64,000 nucleotides of DNA. Origin: Dehalococcoidia bacterium. Its GTDB lineage: Bacteria; Chloroflexota; Dehalococcoidia; UBA6926. The stretch covers positions 601,691 through 665,690 of the forward strand of contig CBDCQG010000001.1 of the NCBI GenBank assembly GCA_965220565.1, read 5' to 3'. A program made the position numbers and the translations under genes. The notes under the pieces are model-generated. The model saw only the letters and a program-made list of their open reading frames with translations. It was not told the DNA's origin and made no database searches. Each line of letters starts with the position of its first letter. Position 1 is the stretch's first letter. Positions 1-10,284 of the stretch are shown piece by piece.

Positions 1-1
1 C

Positions 2-3000
2 ATGGCCAGCATCGTCATCTATACACAGGCCCTCCGCGATCTGGGCCTGAGTCACGCCATCACAAACGCTGATGAGGAATCCCTCGATCTCGAAGTTCAT
101 TTCCAGACATCCGGCATCGATCGCGAGGTGTACGAACGCGCAACGCGCCGCGTTCACTCGAGCGTGTCGAATGTATTTGAGGGCTTGGCCGAGCGGGAGG
201 TTCTGACGGTGCGGTCGTCGACGTTCCTCGTGCCTACCGACGGCTCGGACGAAATCGACCTTGAAACGACGCCGCGCGCCACGTTCCACATCCTCAATTC
301 GAACCAGAAACTGCTGGCCCTCCAGGGCAGCATGGCGCAGCCGGGCGTTGTGGAAACCGTTGACGGCATCGCCACCGTCGAGGCCGTCGCCATGCGGCAG
401 GGCGCGGAGTATCTCGGCCTTGAGATCGGCGATACTGTCCCCTTTGTGCCGTTCTGGGATGACAGGACGAGCAGGATAAACGTCCGGATCACAGGCTTTG
501 CGATTCCCGTTGACCCTGACTCCCACTACTGGGACGCGCCTGCGCTGCAACGGCTCGTGCGTGAGCCGACACTCCTGAGTACGCTTCCCGTCATCGTTCC
601 TGAGTCCACGGTTGTAGACATCCTCGGAACACTGTTCGTCAAGGCGGACGGCTCATATTACGCACGCTATATGACGAACCCCACGGAGATTCGCGCGGCA
701 GATTCTGAACGTTTCGCAACGGCGATTGCTCTCCTCAATGGCTCCCTTGGCGGCTCTGTGGACGGGTACAGGCAGAACACGGAGCTGGATGACGTGTTGA
801 ATACGTATGACACGCGCATCCGGTTTATTGAAGCGCCCATCGCCATCATGCTCTTCCTCGTGACTGCGATGGTTCTGTATGCCATCGTTTTCCTCGCAGG
901 CCTTGTCACGGACAGGCAGCGGGCGGATGCCGCGCTCCTCCGCAGCCGCGGCGCGCGCACTCCGCAAGTGCTCCAGATCTATGCCGTTCAGGGCCTGTTG
1001 GTGACCGCTGCCGCCTCCGCTGCCGCCCCCTTCATCGCCGCCGGTCTCATCGCAAGCATCGGCTATTTGCCCGTCTTTGCATCACTGGGTGACGGAGGCC
1101 CATTGCGTGTGTCCGTTTCACCGCTGGCCTTTGGCCTGGCGGCCATTGGAGGCCTGCTCGCTTTCGCCGTCCTACTCATCCCCACGCTGCGTCTTGCCCG
1201 CCGAAACCTCCTGGAGGAACGCCGCCTCATCGTCCGTCCCAACCAGGTCGGATTCGTTCAGCGCTATTACCTCGACGTTGGGTTGGCCGCAGCCGGGCTT
1301 ATCTTCCTCTGGCAGCTGGGTCAGCAGGGATCATTGGTCGCGGACGCCCTTTCCGGCCAGCAGGGCGTGGACCTCTTCTTGCTGCTCATACCCACGCTGT
1401 TCCTGCTGTCAGCCGGCCTGCTCCTGCTGCGTGTTCTCCCGATCATCGGTGGGCTCGTCGCCCGGATTGCCGCGCCTGTGTCGCCAACCTGGCTCGCGCT
1501 TGGTCTCTGGCAGGTTGGGCGCAATCCGCTGTCCGTCACGAGGTTGGTGCTTCTTCTCGTTCTTGCAGCCGGACTCGGCGCATTCGCAGCCAGCTTTGGC
1601 GGCACCCTTGATCGCAGCTATGAGGAACGCGCGCGGTACGAGGCCGGCGCGGACGTGCGCATCGCCGGCGCTGCCATCGCCCGTAATGATGGGCCGACAC
1701 AGGATATGCAGGCTCTCGTAGAGGCGCCCGACGGCGTGGCCGCCGCGGCGCGCGTATTCCGATCAGACGGCGGCTTTGCCGCAGGTTCATCGACAGATCG
1801 TTTTGATGTACTGGCCGTTGACGCCCCCACCCTCAAGAACGTGACATGGTGGCGTGACGATTTCGCATCCAACTCCCTGGACGAAACGCTTGACGCCGTC
1901 GATGCTCACGCGATCGACAACTGGGGCATCAGGCTCCCGGATGATGCCCGCCATCTGGGTCTGTGGGTTCGCAGCGCCGAGCAGCCCGACCCTCTCTCCA
2001 ATCTGGCCGCGCTCGTTGAAGACGGCAATGGCCGCTACTTCACCATGTTCATGGGCAACCTGGAAAGCACGGAGTGGTCGTACAGAGAAGCCCCGCTCGA
2101 ACCTATTCAGCGCTTCTCTTTCCGCCGCGCTGTCCCAACGATCGAACCCGTTGGACCATTCACGCTTGTCTCGCTCCAGATCGTGCAGCGCTCCCGCTCT
2201 GAGGGCATGTCCGCCGGAGCCTTCTACGTTGATGAGATCATGACACGAACTGCGGCGGAGGATTCAGAGCCCGTTTCCGTCCGCCGATTCACAAGCAAGG
2301 ATGACCTGGCCGTCATACAGATCGGTCCTCTCACGCGCACGGATTCCCTGCAGCTGCTTGGCGGCGCAGGACGTGACGGCGGTTCCTCATTGCTCTTCAG
2401 TTGGGGCCCAACGACGGCATTCGTCCAACGCGGCTTCTACGTTGGCCCGCAAACGTATCAACTTCCGATGCTCGTCAGCCCGGGTATCGTGCGCGCGTCC
2501 GGTCTCCGTGTTGGCGACACCCTGGATATCGGCGTTGGCAGCGCCCGCGTCCCCGGAACAATCGTTGGCGTTGTGGACTTCTTCCCCACCATGAACCCCA
2601 CCGAGGGCGCGGGCTATGTCATAACGGAGATGCAGGGCCTCTTACGCCATCAGAATCTCGTCGGGCAGGGACAGGAAGTGCAGGCTAACGAAGTTTGGTA
2701 TCGCCTCGATGAGGGCCTGGGGGGCGAGGAGCGAACTGAGGCCTTGCAGGGCATCATGCTGTCCGTCGGCGCAAACCAGATCATCGACCGCGAGGAATTG
2801 ATCGCCACCTCTCAGGCAGACCCGCTCGTGGCGGCAGGGTGGGGCGCTCTGTTATTGGTCGCCTATGGCGCGGTCCTCTTCCTGGGCGGAACCTGCTTTG
2901 TGGCACATTCCATCCTGACGGTCGGTGAGCGCGGCAGGCAATTCGCCCTCCTCCGCACCCTGGGACTCAACGGCCCGCAGATTCGCGCCGTCGTCTGGTT

Positions 3001-3262
3001 TGAGCACATGCTGGTTGTCGGCATCGGGATCGGGGCCGGATTCCTGCTTGGACAGAGGACGGGCGCGCTTCTGATGCCGTTCCTTGACCGCACGCAGGAC
3101 GGGGTTGCCGTGCTGCCTCCATACATCATTGAAACGAGCGCCATCTCCGTCGGCATCGTCTACGCGCTCATGGCCGCCGTGTTCATCGCCGCCACGGCAT
3201 TCGTCGTGCGCATGTACAATACGCTGGCCCTCGGCCAGACGCTCCGCATCGGGGAAGACTGA
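2..3262 (+). CDS. FtsX-family ABC transporter permease, large double-module form (N-terminus probably outside the window)
   Basis: 1086-aa ORF open from the window edge. Two clusters of hydrophobic helices (aa ~285-530 and ~940-1080) are separated by a ~400-aa soluble domain. No N-terminal TM helix precedes the first soluble domain, so the gene is probably 5' partial. Two ABC ATPase genes follow directly. Confidence 0.8.
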   Translation: MASIVIYTQALRDLGLSHAITNADEESLDLEVHFQTSGIDREVYERATRRVHSSVSNVFEGLAEREVLTVRSSTFLVPTDGSDEIDLETTPRATFHILNSNQKLLALQGSMAQPGVVETVDGIATVEAVAMRQGAEYLGLEIGDTVPFVPFWDDRTSRINVRITGFAIPVDPDSHYWDAPALQRLVREPTLLSTLPVIVPESTVVDILGTLFVKADGSYYARYMTNPTEIRAADSERFATAIALLNGSLGGSVDGYRQNTELDDVLNTYDTRIRFIEAPIAIMLFLVTAMVLYAIVFLAGLVTDRQRADAALLRSRGARTPQVLQIYAVQGLLVTAAASAAAPFIAAGLIASIGYLPVFASLGDGGPLRVSVSPLAFGLAAIGGLLAFAVLLIPTLRLARRNLLEERRLIVRPNQVGFVQRYYLDVGLAAAGLIFLWQLGQQGSLVADALSGQQGVDLFLLLIPTLFLLSAGLLLLRVLPIIGGLVARIAAPVSPTWLALGLWQVGRNPLSVTRLVLLLVLAAGLGAFAASFGGTLDRSYEERARYEAGADVRIAGAAIARNDGPTQDMQALVEAPDGVAAAARVFRSDGGFAAGSSTDRFDVLAVDAPTLKNVTWWRDDFASNSLDETLDAVDAHAIDNWGIRLPDDARHLGLWVRSAEQPDPLSNLAALVEDGNGRYFTMFMGNLESTEWSYREAPLEPIQRFSFRRAVPTIEPVGPFTLVSLQIVQRSRSEGMSAGAFYVDEIMTRTAAEDSEPVSVRRFTSKDDLAVIQIGPLTRTDSLQLLGGAGRDGGSSLLFSWGPTTAFVQRGFYVGPQTYQLPMLVSPGIVRASGLRVGDTLDIGVGSARVPGTIVGVVDFFPTMNPTEGAGYVITEMQGLLRHQNLVGQGQEVQANEVWYRLDEGLGGEERTEALQGIMLSVGANQIIDREELIATSQADPLVAAGWGALLLVAYGAVLFLGGTCFVAHSILTVGERGRQFALLRTLGLNGPQIRAVVWFEHMLVVGIGIGAGFLLGQRTGALLMPFLDRTQDGVAVLPPYIIETSAISVGIVYALMAAVFIAATAFVVRMYNTLALGQTLRIGED

Positions 3263-3277
3263 GGAGCAGTCATACTG

Positions 3278-4186
3278 ATGACTATGACCAATCACAATCG
3301 CCCGCGCGATGTTCACATCATCTGCCGCGACCTTTTCAAGATCTACAAGGCGCAGGATCTGGAGGTTGTCGCCCTGCGCGGCCTTGATTTCCAGGCGGCG
3401 CGCGGCGAAATTGTCGCAATCGTTGGCGCAAGCGGCAGCGGCAAATCCACTCTGCTAAACATCCTCGCGGGCTATGACACCCCCTCCGCCGGGGACATCC
3501 GTGTCGGAGACCGTGACCTGCTCGTCATGCGCGGGCGGGCCGTGGAATCCTACCGCCTCCGTGAAGTCGGATTCGTCTGGCAGCAGACGGGGCGGAATCT
3601 CGTTCCCTATCTCACTGCCCGTGAAAACGTGGAACTCCCCATGCTGTTGGCAGGTGTCGGCGGCTCGGAACGCCGCGCAAGGGCGGAGGAACTATTGGAC
3701 GCCGTCGGCCTTGCCGAGAGAGCGACGCACCGCGCCAATGAGCTGTCCGGCGGTGAGCAGCAGCGCGTCGCCATCGCCATCGCGCTGGCGAATCAACCCG
3801 ACTTGTTGCTGGCGGACGAGCCGACCGGCGAACTCGATACGGAAACCGCGCAAACGATCCTGAACCTCTTCCAGTCCCTGCGAGACCGTTACGGCACAAC
3901 GATCGTTATCGTGAGTCACGACCCGGAGATTTCCAACTTCGTCGATAGGGTCATCATCATCCGGGACGGCCGCGCAAGCGCCGAGATCGTTTCGCTGCAT
4001 TCCTTCAGGCCGACCGAGGACAACGGCGCATCCGAAACCCCGCGCGAATACATCCTTGTTGACAGCATGGGGCGGCTGCAGCTCCCGCGAGAACTGATGG
4101 ATCGCGTGCGCCTCCGTGAGAGGGCGGTGGTGACCGTTGACGGGGATCGCGTCGTCGTGACCCCGTCTGAGTCGGGTGAGATGTAG
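3278..4186 (+). CDS. ABC transporter ATP-binding protein (MacB/LolD-like) with a C-terminal SpoVT/AbrB-like tail
   Basis: Walker A GASGSGKST, signature LSGGEQQR, Walker B LLLADEPT and H-loop VSHD are present. GAGGAG lies 11 nt upstream of the ATG. The extra ~70 aa end in VDSMGRLQLPRELMDRVRLRERAVVTVDGDRVVVTP. Confidence 0.9.
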   Translation: MTMTNHNRPRDVHIICRDLFKIYKAQDLEVVALRGLDFQAARGEIVAIVGASGSGKSTLLNILAGYDTPSAGDIRVGDRDLLVMRGRAVESYRLREVGFVWQQTGRNLVPYLTARENVELPMLLAGVGGSERRARAEELLDAVGLAERATHRANELSGGEQQRVAIAIALANQPDLLLADEPTGELDTETAQTILNLFQSLRDRYGTTIVIVSHDPEISNFVDRVIIIRDGRASAEIVSLHSFRPTEDNGASETPREYILVDSMGRLQLPRELMDRVRLRERAVVTVDGDRVVVTPSESGEM

Positions 4187-4190
4187 ACCG

Positions 4191-4928
4191 ATGATCAACG
4201 AGGCACGAGACGGGGCGAGGCCGGCTGTTCTTGCTGAGGCGCGAGGCGTGGAGCGTATCTACACGCTGGGAGCGGAGCGCCTGCACGCCCTGCGCGGCGT
4301 TGATATGCAGGGCGTGGCGGGAGAATTCATCGCGCTTATCGGACGTTCAGGCTCCGGCAAGACCACCCTTCTCAACATCCTCGTCGGGCTGGACCGCGCC
4401 ACCACCGGCGAGGCGTTTCTGGCAGGACAGCGGTTGAACGGTCTCTCGGAAGAGGGCCGCGCCGCGCTGCGGCGGCAGCACGTTGGCATTGTCTTCCAGT
4501 CATCATCGCTCATGCCGTTGCTCACGGCTGCCGAGAATGTGGAGTTGCCGCTCCGCATCTCGGGCTGGTCGCGCAGAGACCGTGAAGAACGCGCCCGCGA
4601 CGTGATGGATCGCGTGGGGCTGCTGCACCGGATGCGGCACAGGCCCTACGAACTCTCCGGCGGAGAACAACAGCGTGTCGGCATCGCGCGGGCCATCGCC
4701 TCCCGTCCCTCCGTCCTCATCGCTGACGAGCCAACGGGCGAATTGGATTCCGTTTCGGCGCAGACCGTGTTCTCCCTTTTCAGGAGCCTGGTGGAGGAAG
4801 AGAAAGTCCTCATCATCACCGCCACGCACGATCGCGCCATCATGTCTGCGGCGGACCGCGTCCTCGAACTCCGGGACGGACTCCTCACCCGCGAATCGAC
4901 GCCCGAACGAGAGCCTGTCTCAGACTGA
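4191..4928 (+). CDS. ABC transporter ATP-binding protein (second ATPase of the same transporter)
   Basis: Walker A GRSGSGKTT, LSGGEQQR, LIADEPT and ATHD are present. The ORF track opens at GTG 4176; I prefer ATG 4191, 5 nt after the upstream stop. Confidence 0.9.
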   Translation: MINEARDGARPAVLAEARGVERIYTLGAERLHALRGVDMQGVAGEFIALIGRSGSGKTTLLNILVGLDRATTGEAFLAGQRLNGLSEEGRAALRRQHVGIVFQSSSLMPLLTAAENVELPLRISGWSRRDREERARDVMDRVGLLHRMRHRPYELSGGEQQRVGIARAIASRPSVLIADEPTGELDSVSAQTVFSLFRSLVEEEKVLIITATHDRAIMSAADRVLELRDGLLTRESTPEREPVSD

Positions 4929-4935
4929 CGTTCGT

Positions 4936-5829
4936 CTACCCCCGCGCCGCTGCCACCATCTCAGCAATCACGGGCAGGTCCTCCGCGCGCCGGTACGCAA
5001 TCATCAACTCATCCACGCCGAACGACTCCATTCGCTGCAGGTGATCCCGCAGGCTTGCCGCATCCGTGAACACCAGCTCGGCGGCCAACTCCTCGTAGCT
5101 CGCCGTGTTCGGTTCCCGTCCGCAGAGCTGTTGCAGGTTGAAATTGCGGCCGAAATTCGTCACCCACCACTCGCGCACCTCTTCGGGCTCCACGTAGCCC
5201 AGCGTCGTTGTGACCTCAAAGTCGGGATTCTTTGCCGCCTTTTTGGCTTCCTGTGCTGTGCCGAGCAGGGTGGGATTGCTCGTGTAGAGATGAACGCCGT
5301 CCGCCGTGTCGCGGGAAATATCCAGCCAATAGCGGCTCATGGACGCGATGGCGATGGAGATGTGTTCCTGCACCGGCTGCACACGCTGAGAGACCTCTCT
5401 GAACGTGAACGCCGTCCCCTCCATGCTGACCGTCTCGCCCGCGAGCAGCCCGTTGATGATCGTGATTGCCTCCGTCACGGCCTCGTCCGGTCGATCGGCG
5501 TCGATGCTCGCGATGTACGGTCGCGATCCCCGGCCGATCGAGAGATCGACCCGTCCCCCGGAGAGCTGATCAACCGTCGCGGCTCCGTGCGCGATGACGG
5601 CGGGATTCCGATGATACGGCGCCATGACTCCGATGCCGATCCTCGGCTTCGTTGTGTATGCCGCCGCCAGCGCCGCCGTTGTCCAGACTTCCCACTGCGA
5701 AAATGCCGCGTCCGGAACCCATATCCGCTCAAAGCCGTACGAATCATAGTCCTTGATGTAATTCACCAGGTCCGTAACAGGTGTCCGGACGGCAAGTTCA
5801 ACACCGATGCGCATATGCGTGAACCTCAT
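4936..5829 (-). CDS. LLM-class (luciferase-like) flavin/F420-dependent oxidoreductase
   Basis: Typical LLM N-terminus (MRIGVEL..., FERIWVPD, PRIGIGVMAPYHRNP, GGRVDLSIGRGS). The ORF opens at 5964, but homology-like sequence begins at M46 (ATG 5829) or M51 (5814). Confidence 0.8.
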   Translation of the reverse strand: MRFTHMRIGVELAVRTPVTDLVNYIKDYDSYGFERIWVPDAAFSQWEVWTTAALAAAYTTKPRIGIGVMAPYHRNPAVIAHGAATVDQLSGGRVDLSIGRGSRPYIASIDADRPDEAVTEAITIINGLLAGETVSMEGTAFTFREVSQRVQPVQEHISIAIASMSRYWLDISRDTADGVHLYTSNPTLLGTAQEAKKAAKNPDFEVTTTLGYVEPEEVREWWVTNFGRNFNLQQLCGREPNTASYEELAAELVFTDAASLRDHLQRMESFGVDELMIAYRRAEDLPVIAEMVAAARG

Positions 5830-5934
5830 TTCTTGGAGATGTCTGATTAGCGTGTGCCCTGTGCATTGGGGCGTCAAGCATGGGGCGTCTATGATTAAGG
5901 GGACGACTTTCGCGTAACAGGAGGAGATGCGCGG

Positions 5935-7179
5935 GTGATTGAGGATATTCTGTCCGACTTTCAAATGGTCCTGGAAGACCCGGGACCGTTCTTGCAGTTC
6001 ATGATTGTGTGGGGCGGCGGCGCGGTGGCCGTGATGCTAGCCGTTTGGCTGGTATTGCCGCCGATGATCCGCGGGTTCCTGCGATCGCTGGACCGGGTCT
6101 TCCCGGGCGGGTTTGAGTGGCTCCAGGCGGACCTGAGCGCGATGGTGGTGCGGGCGGCATGGATCCTCATCGTGATCGCCACGATCGAGATAGCCGCGTC
6201 GTTCGCGCTCGGTTATTCGTCGCTCGCCCGGGGATCGATGGCTGCGGCAGGGCAGTGGGTTCTGGATTCGGCCCTCGAGAATGCGCTGCCGGTGGTTCTC
6301 ATCGTCATCGGCGGCATCATCGCCATGCGCATCATTACCTTCAGCGTGCCGCGCCTTGTTGAATCCAACATCCGCGCCCGCGCCAACGTCACCCTTGAAG
6401 AGGAAATCCAGAAGAACATTGACACCCTCTCGGATGTTGTTGTCGACACGTCCCGCGCAGCCATTGTGCTGCTGACCATCTTTCTTGCGCTCAGCCAGAT
6501 TGGCGTCGATCTCGCGCCCCTCCTTGTTGCCGCGGGCGCAATCGCCGTCGGTGTCGGCTTTGCCGTCCAGAATCTCATCCGTGACATCCTCGGCGGTATC
6601 TTCATCATCCTTGAAAACCAATATCGCGTCGGTGATGTTGTCAGCATCGCCGGCATCGCCGGACTGGTTGAGGACATCAACCTCCGCCGCACGCTCCTCC
6701 GTGACCTTGACTACCGGCAGCACACGATCCCCAACGGACAGATCAGCACCACGACGAACTACACCAAGGACATGTCCCGCGTGAACATGAACATCGGCGT
6801 GGCCTACAAGACGGACATGGAGCATGCCTTTGCCGTGCTGAACCGGATAGGGCAGGAGATGGCCGACGAAGAGGAATGGGGACCGATAATCCTGGACCCC
6901 ATCAAGGCGCTGCGTGTTGATAACTTCGGCGACTCCGCCATTGAGATCAAGGTGCTCGGCGAGGTTCTCCCCATCCGCCAGTGGGATGTTTCCGGCGAAT
7001 ACCGTCTTCGTGTAAAGAAGGCCTTCGACGAAGAGGGGATCGAGATACCGTTCCCCCACCGCACGCTCTACATGGGCGATGTCTCCCCGGAAACCATTGG
7101 TCTCCAGGGCGCCATCATGGAGGCTCAGCAGGAAGCTGCGCGCGCGGCTCCCCCGGAGAGCAATGCCTCGGACTCGTAG
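5935..7179 (+). CDS. Mechanosensitive ion channel (MscS family)
   Basis: Several N-terminal TM helices precede the MscS core GVGFAVQNLIRDILGGIFIILENQYRVGDVV...IPNG. GGAGGAG lies upstream of GTG 5935. Confidence 0.9.
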   Translation: MIEDILSDFQMVLEDPGPFLQFMIVWGGGAVAVMLAVWLVLPPMIRGFLRSLDRVFPGGFEWLQADLSAMVVRAAWILIVIATIEIAASFALGYSSLARGSMAAAGQWVLDSALENALPVVLIVIGGIIAMRIITFSVPRLVESNIRARANVTLEEEIQKNIDTLSDVVVDTSRAAIVLLTIFLALSQIGVDLAPLLVAAGAIAVGVGFAVQNLIRDILGGIFIILENQYRVGDVVSIAGIAGLVEDINLRRTLLRDLDYRQHTIPNGQISTTTNYTKDMSRVNMNIGVAYKTDMEHAFAVLNRIGQEMADEEEWGPIILDPIKALRVDNFGDSAIEIKVLGEVLPIRQWDVSGEYRLRVKKAFDEEGIEIPFPHRTLYMGDVSPETIGLQGAIMEAQQEAARAAPPESNASDS

Positions 7180-7215
7180 CGCCACTCCCGGAAGGACGGG
7201 TACGGAACCACGCGC

Positions 7216-8013
7216 ATGGCAGAGCCGCTGTTCAACCACCGGTCGGACATAGAAGCCCGTATTCGGGCTGTCGACCACGTCCTGATCGCATGCGACTTTG
7301 ACGGAACCCTGTCGCCCATCGTCCCCCACCCCCGGGACGCCTACATCCTTACGGAATGCGCGGACGCCCTCAGGCAACTGACCCAACAGCCGGGATATGC
7401 CGTTGCGATTGTGAGCGGGCGCGCGCTTGAGGATGTTCGGGATCGTGTTGGCCTCCCAAATGCCATCTATTCTGGGAATCACGGCATTGAGATCGCCGCG
7501 CCCGGTCTCGTTTTTGAGGATGACGCCGTGGAACGCGCCCGCCTGCTCATGGCTGATCTGCGCCGGGGGCTTGAGCCCGGCATCAGCCAGATCAACGGCG
7601 CTTTCGTTGAAGACAAGGGTTTGAGCCTCAGCGTCCACTCCCGCATGACGCCCGACGAGCTGGAACCCAAAGTGCAGGAGATCGTCCATGCTGTGACTGC
7701 GAACGCAGTTGCTGACGGCGAAATCACCGTCGTGCAGGGCAAGAAAGTGCTTGATATCCGCCCCGCCGCCGCCCGTGACAAAGGCGCGGCGCTGCGATTC
7801 ATCATGGACACGCTCCTGCGAATGTCAGAGACGCAGTTCTTTCCCATCTACATCGGGGATGACACAACGGACGAGGACGCTTTTCGGGAAGTCAATCTCT
7901 CTGGCGGACTCTCGATTCTCGTTGGCGGACCTGACCGCGATACCGCCGCAACGTACCGGCTGGATTCCCCCGCAGACGTCGCCGAATTCCTGAACGGTTT
8001 GGTAGACGCCTAA
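7216..8013 (+). CDS. otsB: Trehalose-6-phosphate phosphatase
   Basis: HAD motifs are present: I (CDFDGTL), II (SGR) and IV (GDDTTDEDAF). Length is typical for OtsB. Confidence 0.9.
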   Translation: MAEPLFNHRSDIEARIRAVDHVLIACDFDGTLSPIVPHPRDAYILTECADALRQLTQQPGYAVAIVSGRALEDVRDRVGLPNAIYSGNHGIEIAAPGLVFEDDAVERARLLMADLRRGLEPGISQINGAFVEDKGLSLSVHSRMTPDELEPKVQEIVHAVTANAVADGEITVVQGKKVLDIRPAAARDKGAALRFIMDTLLRMSETQFFPIYIGDDTTDEDAFREVNLSGGLSILVGGPDRDTAATYRLDSPADVAEFLNGLVDA

Positions 8014-8088
8014 ACGCGCGTCGCCGTCAGCGATTCGCTATGATTGACTTCTAAGGGTAAGGGCAAAGGCAAAGGACAGGATTGTGCT

Positions 8089-8544
8089 ATGAACGCATCA
8101 GAAATCATGTCAAGCCGCGTGTACACCATTCAGGCCGAGGCAACGGTGGTGGATGCCGCCAATGTCATGCTGGATCACAACATTAGCGCGCTGCCTGTGG
8201 TGAATGACCGCGATAAACTCGTTGGCATCATGAGCCACTCGGACTTCTTCCTGACGCCTATCCGCGACCCGGGGATGCACGGAACGGTTTTTGAGCTTTT
8301 CGGCCACGTTTTCGTCAATCGGGACAACATCGGCAATCTGCATTCCGTCCTCTCCAGGACCCTCGTCTCGGATGTGATGTCCACGCCAGTCGTGACCGTC
8401 GTGGAGGACACGCCGGTGGAGGAAGTCGTTCGCATCATGCACCAACGTCGGCTCAAGCGGCTCCCGGTTGTGCGTGACGATAAACTCGTTGGGATCATTA
8501 CCCGCCACGACTTCGTTCGCCTGGCTGCGACGATCGTGCGTTAA
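8089..8544 (+). CDS. CBS domain pair protein
   Basis: Two CBS repeats (IMSSRVYTI...ALPVV and VMSTPVVTV...RLPVV). ATG 8089 with an AGGA upstream is preferred over TTG 8044. Confidence 0.85.
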   Translation: MNASEIMSSRVYTIQAEATVVDAANVMLDHNISALPVVNDRDKLVGIMSHSDFFLTPIRDPGMHGTVFELFGHVFVNRDNIGNLHSVLSRTLVSDVMSTPVVTVVEDTPVEEVVRIMHQRRLKRLPVVRDDKLVGIITRHDFVRLAATIVR

Positions 8545-8646
8545 CTCGCAGTGAGCGTCGTCCATCCCGTGCCCCGGGTTTGGGCGGAAACGAGCGCACC
8601 GGGTTCTCCGGGCCTACCCTGAGCAACTCAGACAGTGGAGGAAGAA

Positions 8647-10191
8647 ATGACAACGACCATCATCCGTGGCAAGCACGTCCTCGTCCGAGCCGACCTGGCA
8701 GGTGATAGCGCAGTGCTCACCGACGGGGCCGTGGCGCACACTGACGGCCGGATCGACGCAGTCGGCTCATATGACGACCTGCGCGCGCAATTCCCGGACG
8801 CCGAAGTCGTTGGCAACGGACGCCAATTTCTCATGCCGGGAATGGTCAATGCCCACCACCACGGGCGCGGCCTGTCCGGCCTTCTCCTCGGCCAACCGGA
8901 CGGCGGACTCGAAACGTGGATCAACCACGCGTGGGGACGCCGCTCCGTTGAGCCGTACAACATGATGTTGATCACGCTGCTGAACCTGATCAGGTCCGGC
9001 ACCACCACGGTCATGTTCAACCAGTCGGCGACGCCGCGCCGCATGGTGTGGGATGAAGCGCAGGCCAACCTGCGCGCCTTTGATCAGGCCGGTGTCCGGG
9101 CGGCATTCTCGCTTGCGTTCAAGAACCAGTGCTACCTCGTCTACGGAAACGACGAGGATGTGCTGAGCAGAATGCCGGATGACCTCGCAAGCGGCGTGCG
9201 CGGCGTGATTCAAGGCTCCGTCCTCTCCGACGAGGACTACTTCGCCATGACGGCGGACCTGATCCGTGATTACCCCGTTGATTCAACCACCATGGTGCGC
9301 GTTCTCTACAGCCCGCAGAGCTATCACTGGGCTGATGAAGATACCCTGCGCCACATCGCAGATCTGGCTCGCGCGGCGAACGTGGGCATCCACACGCACT
9401 GCGTTGAGAGCTACTACCAGCGGCTGTACGCCGAGCGCCTGCACGGGCAGGGGCAGACCCCCACGCGCCGCCTGTATGAACTCGGTTTCCTGGGCCCCAA
9501 GACATCCTTCGCCCATGGTGTCTGGCTCACGGAGGATGACATCGAGCTGATGGCCGAAACGGGCACCAGCATCAGCCACAACCCAAGCTCCAATCTGCGC
9601 CTCCGCAGCGGCATCGCTCCCGTCCTTGAGATGCATCGGCAGGGCATCCACGTCGCGCTTGGCACGGACAGCACGTCCATCAACGACGATGATGACCTCT
9701 TTCAGGAGATGGCGCTCGCCATGCGCCTGCATCGTCCGCCGGGCCTGGACGTTCCCCATCTCACAGCCCACCAGGTTCTGCACATGGCCACCCTCGGCGG
9801 CGCATATGAGACCACGTTCGGCGAGGACATGATCGGCTCCCTCGAAGTCGGCAAACGTGCTGACATGGTCCTGCTCGACTGGGATCGCATCTCCACGCCG
9901 TACGTCGCAGAGAACCTCGATGTGCTGGACGTGCTCGTCTCGCGGGGGCGGGCCAGCGATGTCGAGACCGTCATCGTTGAGGGCAAGGCCATTTTCGAGG
10001 ACAAGCAATTCAAGACCATTGATGCTGCCGCCGTCGTTGAGGCCGTCCGTGAGGAACTGAGTACTGCGGAACCGGAGGACCTCACCAATCGCCGCGATCT
10101 CGCCGCTCGTCTCGAACCCTACCTCCGCGAATACTACGCAGACTGGCACGTCCCCGAGCAGCCCATGTACCACTACCAGAGCCTGGGGTGA
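8647..10191 (+). CDS. Amidohydrolase family protein (TRZ/ATZ or nucleobase-deaminase-like)
   Basis: Metal-binding PGMVNAHHHG is followed later by HTH, FAHG and GTDS motifs. GGAGG lies 6 nt upstream of ATG 8647. Confidence 0.85.
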   Translation: MTTTIIRGKHVLVRADLAGDSAVLTDGAVAHTDGRIDAVGSYDDLRAQFPDAEVVGNGRQFLMPGMVNAHHHGRGLSGLLLGQPDGGLETWINHAWGRRSVEPYNMMLITLLNLIRSGTTTVMFNQSATPRRMVWDEAQANLRAFDQAGVRAAFSLAFKNQCYLVYGNDEDVLSRMPDDLASGVRGVIQGSVLSDEDYFAMTADLIRDYPVDSTTMVRVLYSPQSYHWADEDTLRHIADLARAANVGIHTHCVESYYQRLYAERLHGQGQTPTRRLYELGFLGPKTSFAHGVWLTEDDIELMAETGTSISHNPSSNLRLRSGIAPVLEMHRQGIHVALGTDSTSINDDDDLFQEMALAMRLHRPPGLDVPHLTAHQVLHMATLGGAYETTFGEDMIGSLEVGKRADMVLLDWDRISTPYVAENLDVLDVLVSRGRASDVETVIVEGKAIFEDKQFKTIDAAAVVEAVREELSTAEPEDLTNRRDLAARLEPYLREYYADWHVPEQPMYHYQSLG

Positions 10192-10284
10192 ATATCGACC
10201 AGCGCAAAGAAATCGGATAGACGCCCCCTGGGCCTACCCGCATCATGTCCGTGAAGCAACCCTGGACGATAGTGGGGTAAAGAC

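Noticed and set aside
4675-5850. 391-aa ORF on the plus strand
   Set aside because: It overlaps the end of the second ATPase gene and is antisense to the LLM oxidoreductase gene. It is Arg/Pro-rich shadow sequence.
6037-7689. 550-aa ORF on the minus strand
   Set aside because: It lies entirely antisense to the well-supported MscS and otsB genes. It is Arg/Gly/Asp/His-rich with low complexity, typical of shadow frames in high-GC DNA, and has no recognisable motif.
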